From a virus (lineage: Duplodnaviria; Caudoviricetes): a stretch of DNA of 44,321 bases. The stretch spans positions 1-44,321 of IMG/VR virus record IMGVR_UViG_3300024331_000116, one strand, 5' to 3'. The position numbers and the translations under genes were made by a program. Numbering within the stretch: the stretch's first letter is position 1; every line of letters begins with the position of its first letter. Positions 36,366 through 44,321 of the stretch are shown piece by piece. The notes under the pieces were generated by a model, which saw only the letters and a program-made list of their open reading frames with translations, did not search any database and was not told the DNA's origin.

Positions 36366-36916
36366 GAGAGGAATCTCCATTTGCCGAGCGTGGCGTCGCG
36401 TCGAATGAGCGTGCTCGCACGAGGCCCGAGCGTATTGGTGACCTGCCCGGGACAGGCCATCTGATTGGCTGCCGCCGAGCCAGCGTCCCCATCGGTAAAG
36501 TCGACGATGAACGTCGTGCTGTTGTTGTCGATTGCGACAATCCAGCCATCCGGAACCCCGGTCGCCAAAATACCGGTAATGTTGATATTCGCGGACGGTG
36601 TGAGTTTGAGGACATTGGTGACCCCACCGACCCACCCCGTAGGCGCATAGTCGTTCTGGTCCGTCCCGGGCGTATCCGCGACGGCAGACGTGAATGCGAT
36701 GCCTCCCGCTGTGGCAATGGGAACCCATGCTGTGCCGTTGCTGTAGCACAACCCCTGATCGGAAGTGTATGCGACGTCTCCCAAATGGTTTGCAGCCGCC
36801 GGCAGCGTCGCGAACGTGCTCAGTGCACCGGAATTCTCCTTCGCCACGCTCATTTCCGATTGCAGCAGCGAACGCCCGGAACTCGAGGGAATAGGTTGGC
36901 TATCGAAGAATGACAT
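36362..36916 (-). CDS. Putative fibre/virion protein
   Basis: FATLPAAA...YSNGTAWVP repeat-like motif; coupled to its neighbours. Confidence 0.6.
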   Translation of the reverse strand: MSFFDSQPIPSSSGRSLLQSEMSVAKENSGALSTFATLPAAANHLGDVAYTSDQGLCYSNGTAWVPIATAGGIAFTSAVADTPGTDQNDYAPTGWVGGVTNVLKLTPSANINITGILATGVPDGWIVAIDNNSTTFIVDFTDGDAGSAAANQMACPGQVTNTLGPRASTLIRRDATLGKWRFLS

Positions 36917-37671
36917 CAGCGGAAGCCTCCATGAAGGATCCACGACGCGTCTGTCCTTCTTCCCTGCGGCAACCGCTCGTCCAACTGACTCACGGGCGTG
37001 GGCACCTGATTCAGCGATTTCACCATCGCAATCGCCTCGTTGCCGTTGGTCTCGATCTCCTTGGAGAGCGGGAAGCCATACTCGGCGCACAATTCCTTGG
37101 CCAATGCCCATTTCAGAGCCCGGTTATATCCCCGAGGCAGGTTCACGACCTGCGTAAGTGTCAGAAACTGCGTAAAGATCTGATCCGTGAACAGGTGCAA
37201 CTCCCCTCCTCCACTCGGCGCGGGATAGAAGTTGAGCAATCCCAAGGGGAAGGTGGGGTTGTACCAAACTCCCAACGGCCATGGAGCGGGTTGGCTTTTG
37301 AGCAGGAACGAGTTGTAGGTCGTTTCGTCCCATTCCGTATCAATCGTGAAGTCGAGCCCCGAAAAGCGCGTGTAGGCGCTGGTAATGCGCATAGGACGGT
37401 CCACACCCGCCCCTGTCACGGCATCGACCTGGAAGTCCCCGCCCTGGCCAATGGTGTATTGGTATTTCAGGGAGGTGAAATTGAAGATGTTCTCAGGCGA
37501 TGCATAGACGTAGGCGTGATCCGTGGACCACGAGTCCAGCAGGTCGTTGAGCGCTTCCAGACAATCATTGGCATCGGGGGCTGCGATCTGCTCACCACTC
37601 TGATACGAGTTGATCCGCCGCAGCGCCGCTCGAATGATGGTTCCGGCGGTGGTGGTGAGGATCGTCGCCAT
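36916..37671 (-). CDS. P22 gp4-like head-to-tail adaptor
   Basis: TAGTIIRAALRRI...DCLEALNDLLDSW...LPRGYNRALKWALAKELCAEYG. Confidence 0.8.
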   Translation of the reverse strand: MATILTTTAGTIIRAALRRINSYQSGEQIAAPDANDCLEALNDLLDSWSTDHAYVYASPENIFNFTSLKYQYTIGQGGDFQVDAVTGAGVDRPMRITSAYTRFSGLDFTIDTEWDETTYNSFLLKSQPAPWPLGVWYNPTFPLGLLNFYPAPSGGGELHLFTDQIFTQFLTLTQVVNLPRGYNRALKWALAKELCAEYGFPLSKEIETNGNEAIAMVKSLNQVPTPVSQLDERLPQGRRTDASWILHGGFR

Positions 37672-38219
37672 CAGAGCGGGATTTCAGCCCAGATCAGGCT
37701 CAACTGAGCCACCAACGCCGTAGCGGTAGCCGTGGCGGCAATCGAGGCCCAGCAGTTGGGCGGAACCACAATCGCGCCCGCGATGTCGACCAGCGAGTTT
37801 TCAACGTAGTCGGTCGTGAGGGCTCCGGTCCCCAGTTGGATGACCGGATAGAGGAAGCTGCCGGCATTGGCGACCGTCCCCACCCGATACGTCGTGCACT
37901 GAGGCGCAGGACCGCCGATGCGGGTATTGCCGACCGAATCGATGGCCGTGGTCGAGGTGGGGGCGGTGGTTTGGCCGTTGCTGCCCGTGATGCCGAGCGC
38001 TCCCGAGGCGCTCGTCACAGTTGTGACGCCATAGCCGACGCCCAGAATCACGGCGTTGACCGTCTGGCTACCGTTCCAGAGCAACGGGCCGCCGGTGCCG
38101 GCGGCGGTCGTATAGATCACCGGTGCTGTGACGACCGCTCGAGCCACGAACACCCGCCCCAACCGGGCAAGATCGTAGTAGCTGCTGCCCTGCATCCCGT
38201 AGGAGAGATTGGCCATCAA
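37671..38219 (-). CDS. Putative virion protein
   Basis: Thr/Ala/Gly-rich; LLWNGS...WAEIPL. Confidence 0.6.
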   Translation of the reverse strand: MMANLSYGMQGSSYYDLARLGRVFVARAVVTAPVIYTTAAGTGGPLLWNGSQTVNAVILGVGYGVTTVTSASGALGITGSNGQTTAPTSTTAIDSVGNTRIGGPAPQCTTYRVGTVANAGSFLYPVIQLGTGALTTDYVENSLVDIAGAIVVPPNCWASIAATATATALVAQLSLIWAEIPL

Positions 38220-38545
38220 ATCACCAGAGTGGTGGGGAGCGTGGTATTAGTCGGTCGATCCACCGCGACGGTATAGATCTCAGACGCGGTGGGCGTGATG
38301 GTGGCCGCAGTCGTATTCGCAAATGTGATGGCCAGCGTATCCGCTGCACTGACGCGGGAATTGACCAGTCCCAAACCTGCCTGGGTGGTGGGTTTGGTGA
38401 CGTTCACATAGTCGCCGACCAGGAGGCCCTTGACCGTGAAGGTCTGTTCTGCGGTGGTGGCGTTGGCAACGGAAGTCGGCGAGAGCGTGGGGCCCAGCAG
38501 GTAAGATCCCGCGATATTGCCCCGTACGACGGTGGTATCGGCCAT
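38216..38545 (-). CDS. Capsid decoration-like protein, paralog B
   Basis: Closely similar to 39161..39571 (SP.SVANAT.AEQTF...RVSAADTLAITF.N.TAATITPTASE.YTV). Confidence 0.65.
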   Translation of the reverse strand: MADTTVVRGNIAGSYLLGPTLSPTSVANATTAEQTFTVKGLLVGDYVNVTKPTTQAGLGLVNSRVSAADTLAITFANTTAATITPTASEIYTVAVDRPTNTTLPTTLVI

Positions 38546-38546
38546 G

Positions 38547-39161
38547 TTAGGTCCTCGTTAGAAGCCCTGTGCTCACACAGTGCTCGTAGAAGTTGCCCCG
38601 CCAGGCCTTGGAGCCGCGGTGGGAGAAGGTGATATCCGCATCGATCCACAGAAACTGCCCGGTCTCACACCAGCGGCGGCAGAAGTAGATGTCTTCCCCG
38701 AAGTCCGCTTCGCTGGATCCAGTGCGAAAGTAGGGCTTTTTGAGGCGGTCGAACGCTTGGCGTTTGATGCGCATAAACGCGGTGGGCGCTTCCATGCTCT
38801 GGAACAACCCGTCGCGAATCACGCCCGTGAGCGCGTTTTGATGGAAGTCCGATTCGCTGTCAGTTGAACGTTTGGGAACAAGTCCTGCCACGATCTCATC
38901 CGAATGGTTGAGAATGCGTGGCAGAACCCGGGCGTCAAAGCCCACATCGGCATCGACAAAGATCAAATCAGTGGCAGTACTGGCGAGAAAACTGTCGACC
39001 AGGCGATTGCGCGCCAAGTCGATGAAGCAGTTTCCCGCCAGCACTTCCTGGTGCATTTCGATCCCGAGCTTGGTCAGCAGGATCGCCGATTGCACCAGGG
39101 ACTGGTTGTAGTCGACGGTCACCGCCTTGTCGTAAGACGGCGTACCGAAGAAAACCTCCAC
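38547..39161 (-). CDS. GT-A fold glycosyltransferase
   Basis: GTPSYD...IDLARNRLV...LIFVDADVGF (DxD)...GEDIYFCRRW...WIDADI..SHRG. Confidence 0.85.
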   Translation of the reverse strand: MEVFFGTPSYDKAVTVDYNQSLVQSAILLTKLGIEMHQEVLAGNCFIDLARNRLVDSFLASTATDLIFVDADVGFDARVLPRILNHSDEIVAGLVPKRSTDSESDFHQNALTGVIRDGLFQSMEAPTAFMRIKRQAFDRLKKPYFRTGSSEADFGEDIYFCRRWCETGQFLWIDADITFSHRGSKAWRGNFYEHCVSTGLLTRT

Positions 39162-39571
39162 TACCAGTCGATCTGATTACCCGAAGCCGGCGCCGTCCAC
39201 AGCGGTTGCACCCGGAACACACCCACCGTGTACACCTCGGAGGCTGTCGGTGTAATGGTCGCGGCGGTGAAGTTGCCAAAGGTGATCGCCAGGGTATCGG
39301 CTGCACTCACGCGAGTGCCAACGATGCCCAAACCCGCCTGAGCAGTGGGTTTCTGGACCAGCACCAGATCGGTCGTGAGGAGCCCGATGCCCGTAGCAGC
39401 AAAGGTCTGCTCTGCAGACGTGGCATTGGCCACCGACGCGGGAGAGAGGGTGACGTTGAAGACACCGACTTTCCACAGGTTGCCCGTGGGAAGCTGTACG
39501 GTATCCGGGAGGGCGGTGACGTTCGGGCCGCTGTTGCTGCCGTCGACGTTAGTGACTACTGGATTGGCCAT
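39161..39571 (-). CDS. Capsid decoration-like protein, paralog A
   Basis: Directly after the coat gene; Thr/Ala-rich beta protein. Confidence 0.65.
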   Translation of the reverse strand: MANPVVTNVDGSNSGPNVTALPDTVQLPTGNLWKVGVFNVTLSPASVANATSAEQTFAATGIGLLTTDLVLVQKPTAQAGLGIVGTRVSAADTLAITFGNFTAATITPTASEVYTVGVFRVQPLWTAPASGNQIDW

Positions 39572-39574
39572 GAC

Positions 39575-40936
39575 TTACCCCGCGATCCGATAGCCCATCT
39601 GTCGATACAGAGAGCTGAAGCCGTACAACACGTCCATACGGGTCGGTTCGGCGTCGTTGTTGATGGTGTACTGAGTCGCGATCCGGATCGCCAAACCCAA
39701 CTCTTCGTCCCGTGCCCGGTAGGCTTCTACTGCGGTTCGCGGCAGCGGAAGATCCGCAAAGGCCAGCGCATAGGCGTCCCTGTGGAACAGCAGCCCTTGA
39801 GGTGAGACCGTCGTGGCCGCTGCCGCTGCATTCACCGTGAGGGTGTAGGGAGAGACGGGGGCCGCGGTGCAGTTCTGGAACTGACCGCCATAGATCACGC
39901 ATTCCGCCACGGTCAGCGTCAGTGCGCCCGCACCCGAGCCGGACGTATAGACCCCGGTCGTGGCGTTGAACGTGCCGTTGGCGAGCGTTGCGGCCGCAAA
40001 GGCCGGACCACCGGGAACAGCCGCACCGGACATCGGGGCATAGCCTGCCGGCGGAAGCACTACGAACTGCTTGAGCGCCTTGCCGTACTGCGCGCGGTTC
40101 TGCGGATTGACCGGGTAGACACCCTTAATGGTGAGGACATCCCCGACCGTGATCACGGCTGTGGAGGCCGTCCAGCCGGTGGTGAATAGCGTTCCCGTCC
40201 CGGCCCAGCCGGTCGACATGATCGCGGTTCCGCCGGTTGCCGCGGTATTTCCTGCCAAGACTGGTGTTCCGAGCGTACCGAGTGCGGTCTGATTGGCAAT
40301 GTTCTGGTCTTCGAACCAGTCAGAGCCGGCAGTCTTGCGCGCCACCATGCCGGTCTCGAAGTTATCCGAGATCTTGGCCTGGGGATTGAAGAGTCCTTTC
40401 AGCGCATCGGCCATGGAGCTCATCGAGAGCGGATCCAGCACGACCGAGGGCGTCATGTTCTTCGGTGCGCCCTCAAAGGCGAGGATGGCGCGGGCGTCCG
40501 AGAACGCCTTGAAGGACGTGGGTGCGGTGCCGAAGGTCCCACCCTGCAGGGGCGTGTTCTGGAAGCCGAAATAGGCTCCGTCCGAATCAATGCGGTTGCC
40601 GATCGCCGCGCAGGCCGGTTCGATGAACCGCTCTTTGAAGCGGGCGATATCCAGCAGCAGGTTCACGGTGTTGAACTGGATGTCCACGTGAAACTGATAG
40701 TTCAGCGAGACCGGAACGTAGGTCTCGACCGAGGGCTCGACGTTCAGTGCCGGCCCAAAGGTGCCGAAGTACCGGGGCGGACGCCGGATATTCACAGTCG
40801 CGCCGATTTGCGCGTCTTTGTTCCCGAATTCGTCCGAATACTGACGGTTGAATTTATCCGTCAGGACGCATGTGTTACTCAACACCGGCAAAGCGGTATT
40901 GGTGATCATGCTGATGGTCAGCAGTTGATTGGCCAA
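39575..40936 (-). CDS. Major capsid protein (P22 gp5-like)
   Basis: MANQLLTISMIT...IGATVNIRRP...FHRDAYALAFADL...RMDVLYG; TTG start with RBS AGGAG. Confidence 0.92.
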   Translation of the reverse strand: MANQLLTISMITNTALPVLSNTCVLTDKFNRQYSDEFGNKDAQIGATVNIRRPPRYFGTFGPALNVEPSVETYVPVSLNYQFHVDIQFNTVNLLLDIARFKERFIEPACAAIGNRIDSDGAYFGFQNTPLQGGTFGTAPTSFKAFSDARAILAFEGAPKNMTPSVVLDPLSMSSMADALKGLFNPQAKISDNFETGMVARKTAGSDWFEDQNIANQTALGTLGTPVLAGNTAATGGTAIMSTGWAGTGTLFTTGWTASTAVITVGDVLTIKGVYPVNPQNRAQYGKALKQFVVLPPAGYAPMSGAAVPGGPAFAAATLANGTFNATTGVYTSGSGAGALTLTVAECVIYGGQFQNCTAAPVSPYTLTVNAAAAATTVSPQGLLFHRDAYALAFADLPLPRTAVEAYRARDEELGLAIRIATQYTINNDAEPTRMDVLYGFSSLYRQMGYRIAG

Positions 40937-40957
40937 GGAAATGACTCCTAGAAGAGG

Positions 40958-41905
40958 TTAGTGCCTCTTGCGCCGGTTGGCGCTCGACTGTTCTCGAGCC
41001 TGCCAATATTCGATGGTTTCGCGCGTGTTCATGTCGCGCAGGTCCTTGACGGACCCGCCACCGTTGGGCAAGGGGGCGATGGGTTCGGGTGCACGGGCTT
41101 TCGTTGGCTTCACTTCAGGTTCGTCGGCCTTGGCCGGCTCCTTGGTGAGTGACAACTCGAGCTTCGTGACTTCCGCAATGGCTTTGATCGGGGGCAGAGC
41201 GTTCAGACGCTCCAACACATCCGGATGTTTTGCGAAGTGATAGAGCAAGGGAGCCGGCGCCTCTGCCTCGCGCAAGTATGCGGTCAGCGGACCGGATACT
41301 TTCAGGTCCGCGGCGTCTTCCGCGGCTTCCTGCCAGTCCTCGATGTCCTTGGCGGAGGATTGCACGCGCCCCAGATACTCCTGGTAGCTCCTGGCCTCCG
41401 CCGCCTCTTTGTCCAACTTCGCCTGCTGTTTGCGATCGGCCTTCACCGCCTCTTCGGCTGCGTGCTTGGCCAATGCTTTGGCGTATCCAAATGCGTCGAA
41501 TTCGCCTTTGTCGTTCGTGAAGTCCTTAGGGTCCGGTTCCTGACTCGGTTCCGGGGTGGGCTTGCCCTTGGTTTTGAGTTCGGCGAGTTCACGCTCCAAC
41601 TCATCTGCCCGTTTCTCAGCCGCTTTGCGTGCGCGGAACTCATCTTCCGCGAACTCATCCGCCTCTTTCATCGCCCGATGCTTCTTGTTGACGGCGCGCT
41701 GCTGCTTTTCGGTCAGCAGACGGTATTCGTCATCCGGAATATCGGTCTCGTTCTCGACTGCCGGCTTTTCAGCCTGTTTTTCCGTCTTTTCGGCCTTCTC
41801 AGGCTCGGTTTTCTGCTGGATCGGCTCGCCGCCCTTGGCCTCGCGTCCCGCCGCCGGCGGCTTCAAATGCTCCAGACTGTCGTGACCTTCACCTGAAATA
41901 GCCAT
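40958..41905 (-). CDS. Scaffolding protein
   Basis: Charged coiled coil, PDPKDF, LLYHFAKHP, APEPIAP and a basic C-terminus; directly upstream of the coat gene. Confidence 0.8.
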   Translation of the reverse strand: MAISGEGHDSLEHLKPPAAGREAKGGEPIQQKTEPEKAEKTEKQAEKPAVENETDIPDDEYRLLTEKQQRAVNKKHRAMKEADEFAEDEFRARKAAEKRADELERELAELKTKGKPTPEPSQEPDPKDFTNDKGEFDAFGYAKALAKHAAEEAVKADRKQQAKLDKEAAEARSYQEYLGRVQSSAKDIEDWQEAAEDAADLKVSGPLTAYLREAEAPAPLLYHFAKHPDVLERLNALPPIKAIAEVTKLELSLTKEPAKADEPEVKPTKARAPEPIAPLPNGGGSVKDLRDMNTRETIEYWQAREQSSANRRKRH

Positions 41906-42068
41906 AGATCACCTTGGCGCCATCGCCCTATTGCGTGAGTGACCGCTCACGCGCGGTGTAGAATGGGGAACTGCCGGAAGGCGGGGGATCAGATGCGTCA
42001 GAAACCAGTGGCGGAGGCACCTATCGTTGGAGCCCGAGCCATGACACATCCCTTGCGCGCCAAAGCGG

Positions 42069-42096
42069 CTACCCGGAGGTTGGTTCCTCCGGGTAG
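42069..42096. terminator. Perfect 11-bp inverted repeat after the FN3-like gene
   Basis: CTACCCGGAGG-N6-CCTCCGGGTAG; no clear U-tract. Confidence 0.45.
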
Positions 42097-42098
42097 TG

Positions 42099-42533
42099 TC
42101 AATTCGAAGGCGGTATTGAGGCCGGCGGCACAGGAACCGAAGGCGGCACCACCGGAGTCGGCGTCCCACCCGTGACATCCGGTGCGCGTGCAATCGCAGT
42201 CAGCGTGCCCGCAGAGGGCGCGGCCAACGGCGTCTGACCCACGATGGTCACCGTGACAGCCGGGCTCGTATCGCCCTGCGTGCCGGCGGTATCGGTCACG
42301 AAAAAGCTGTAGATATCGCTGCCGGTCGCGGGCGCAACATCGGTGAACAGCGCTGTGGGACCGTTGAACGGGCCCTGCACGGTCGTGAGGGTTACGGTCC
42401 CCGTACCCGGATCGCGCAGGATGGTGGCGCTCTGAATCTCGGATAGCGTGAGGTCCGTACCATCCTTGCGGGTAGTCGGGAAGGTGAGGGTCAGATCAAC
42501 AACCGGGAGGATCACTCCTGCAATCGTAGGCAT
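42099..42533 (-). CDS. Ig/FN3-like protein with Pro-rich tail
   Basis: LTFPTTRKDGTDL...YSFFVTDTAG.QGDTSP; start could extend to 42662. Confidence 0.6.
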   Translation of the reverse strand: MPTIAGVILPVVDLTLTFPTTRKDGTDLTLSEIQSATILRDPGTGTVTLTTVQGPFNGPTALFTDVAPATGSDIYSFFVTDTAGTQGDTSPAVTVTIVGQTPLAAPSAGTLTAIARAPDVTGGTPTPVVPPSVPVPPASIPPSN

Positions 42534-42648
42534 GTGCTTTTCCTTGATCGTGATTTGGGTCAAGTGAGGCGCAGACGGACGCGCCTTGTGATGATGTTTG
42601 TGATGCAGGGGCGGCCATGGACACCAGCTGCGCCCGTCCCACCACCGC

Positions 42649-42840
42649 TCAGGCAGTTGCATTGCGCTTTAACTCCGCTTCATAGCCGGCCAGCGCATTG
42701 ACCGCGGCACGCACCGCATCGCGCTGAACAATCAACTCATCGTATCGAGTGGGGTCTTTGCGGATCGCGAGCATCAATGCTTCTGCGGCGGCTACCGAGG
42801 ATTTCAGTTGCTGCAGACGCGTGATATCAGGCGGCGCCAT
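42649..42840 (-). CDS. Small helical hypothetical protein
   Basis: 63 aa overlapping the portal end. Confidence 0.5.
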   Translation of the reverse strand: MAPPDITRLQQLKSSVAAAEALMLAIRKDPTRYDELIVQRDAVRAAVNALAGYEAELKRNATA

Positions 42841-44321
42841 TGCTCTTTTCCGCCTTCTCAGCGGCTTGTGCGGTGATGTGCACCAATTCCTTCTCGTGCG
42901 TACGGTCCTGGTTGCTGTCGATCAGCTTGGCGCCCGCATTGATTTCGGCGACACCGATCGAGGTATGCGCCTTGACATCGGTGTCGTATTTCTTAACGCC
43001 CGTATCGAGCAGTGTGTCGTGCTCGGCGCGTTTGTCGTGCAATTCTTCGATCTGCAGTTTGGTGGCATCGGCGTGCAATTGCTTGGTGATACCGTGCTTG
43101 AGGTCCATCTCCTGCTCTCGCACCTTGGAGGTCAGCTGCTGAACCTGGGATTGCAACTGCGTGATGATCGTCTTGGCCTGTTCCGGTAGCGTCTCGACGA
43201 TCTTCTTCATCTCCTCGGGGATCTGCGTCGCCAAACGATCGGCCAACTGCTCGGAGTACGCCGTATCGGTTGCTCGCAACACCAGGTCTCCACCTTTCTG
43301 CGCAATGACTTCGCCCAACGGCGTCTTCATCAGCCCGATCAGCGTGTCCGCGCCCTCCTTGCGCTTGGTGTCGTAGCCCGGCCCAGTATCCATCACGACC
43401 GCATATTCACCCACCGTCACATCGTTCTTGATGGCTTGTACGCCGGGATCGATGGAGCGCTCATTCAGCTTCACCATCTGAGGCTTGCCGTCCTCGCTGA
43501 TGATCCGCTGCATGCGCTCGGTGCTGTAGGTCACGGGAATCCAGTCCAAGATCAGTCGGCCCACGAAATCGATCATGAGCATCTGGTTGTCGTAGTATTG
43601 GAAGTGACTGATGTCGGCGAGTTCACGTCTTTCGCGTAACGCCAGCCCTGAGATCACCTCGCCCTTCACATCCTGACCCGGATCATGGGGTTGGCCGGCC
43701 ATGGCCATCAGTCCGCTGTAGGCGCTCTGCATGGCTTCCGACATGCCCTGCTCGACTGGGGCGGGCTGCTGTTTGGTGGGCAGCGGCAAGGTCTCGCCAT
43801 TCGGGCCTTGGATGGCCTTACCCACCAGTACCGAATGGGCTTTCCGGTTGGCGTCGTGCCATTCCGGATGGCCTTCGATCACGCCCTCGTATGCGGTCCA
43901 CTCGGCTTTGGGCGCCAGAGCCAACCGCTCGGTCTTCATGGTCTCCCAGTAGTTGACCATGCGAGCCGGCTCCATAAGGTTCGCAACCATTCCTTTGCGC
44001 GACCGCTTACCGTTGATGTCCAGGGTCTTGCCCTGGCAGCAGGCGATGGGGATGTACCGACCCGGAAGCACACGACGATCAATGATCTTGCGACCGTTCA
44101 GTCGGTACCACTCGACCTGACGCAAACTCGATGGACGCTCGACCGCAACCTCTTTGCCGTCCTTCTTCTCCACCGCGAAGTTGTGCTTTCGAGGGTCTTT
44201 AAGTGCGGTCTTCAGCACACCGGGTTGGAAGTCACTCTCGAGGCGAGTCGTGTTATCCGCCATCTTGAAGAGGCGCTCGGGCTTCTCCACGATGCGAAAG
44301 TACTCGGCCAAGCGAATCTCG
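42827..44321 (-). CDS. P22-like portal protein, C-terminal part
   Basis: LPGRYIPI...GMVANLMEPARMVNY...SGLALRER...YSTERMQRII...VGEYAVVMDTGPGYDTKR; C-terminal coiled coil. Confidence 0.92.
   Translation of the reverse strand, partial: EIRLAEYFRIVEKPERLFKMADNTTRLESDFQPGVLKTALKDPRKHNFAVEKKDGKEVAVERPSSLRQVEWYRLNGRKIIDRRVLPGRYIPIACCQGKTLDINGKRSRKGMVANLMEPARMVNYWETMKTERLALAPKAEWTAYEGVIEGHPEWHDANRKAHSVLVGKAIQGPNGETLPLPTKQQPAPVEQGMSEAMQSAYSGLMAMAGQPHDPGQDVKGEVISGLALRERRELADISHFQYYDNQMLMIDFVGRLILDWIPVTYSTERMQRIISEDGKPQMVKLNERSIDPGVQAIKNDVTVGEYAVVMDTGPGYDTKRKEGADTLIGLMKTPLGEVIAQKGGDLVLRATDTAYSEQLADRLATQIPEEMKKIVETLPEQAKTIITQLQSQVQQLTSKVREQEMDLKHGITKQLHADATKLQIEELHDKRAEHDTLLDTGVKKYDTDVKAHTSIGVAEINAGAKLIDSNQDRTHEKELVHITAQAAEKAEKSNGAA
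43884..44321. repeat. Terminal direct repeat, copy 2
   Basis: Matches 1-438 with 13 substitutions. Confidence 0.97.

Noticed and set aside
36366-36749. N-terminal 128 aa of the 902-aa ORF
   Set aside because: Overlaps gene 36362..36916 in another frame; GTG 36365 gives a coupled start and a clean signal peptide.
1-44321. CRISPR array, IS element, integrase or ParA/ParB plasmid-prophage system
   Set aside because: By eye I found no regularly spaced repeats, no transposase or recombinase catalytic motifs and no partition ATPase. A profile search is needed to exclude highly divergent members.

Overview
The window is a complete, circularly permuted ~43.9 kb temperate-type podovirus genome. It has P22-like head and tail genes, a lambdoid cI/cro switch and high GC content, and the host is probably a proteobacterium. 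Bases 1-438 repeat at 43884-44321 inside the portal gene, with 13 differences that are all synonymous. The minus strand carries cro, small early and late-control genes, a GroES-like gene, terminase, portal, scaffold, coat, decoration and tail genes, ejection proteins, tailspike and an expanded lysis block. The plus strand carries the repressor, ERF recombination genes and about 8 kb of small accessory ORFs. Main finding: I see no integrase, but where int would sit there is a consensus sigma70 promoter, a 28-bp dif-like site (10565-10592; intact XerC arm and spacer, degenerate XerD arm) and an HTH+DUF3653 XafT-like gene. This suggests a tailed phage that integrates at the host dif site using host XerCD, as the TLC satellite does, with integration cutting the activator off from its promoter. 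Second finding: I see no replication initiator, helicase or primase. The O/P position holds a structured G-run/A-run region, an antisense terminator and tandem DnaA boxes, a candidate host-dependent, RNA-primed origin. Also notable are a split gp10-like tail gene, a PASTA-domain tail protein, a signal-peptide GH54 arabinofuranosidase-like protein, a glycosyltransferase between duplicated capsid-decoration genes, a stand-alone FixL-like PAS gene in the lysis block and a TGT/DpdA-fold gene. All family calls come from motif recognition by eye; no searches were run.
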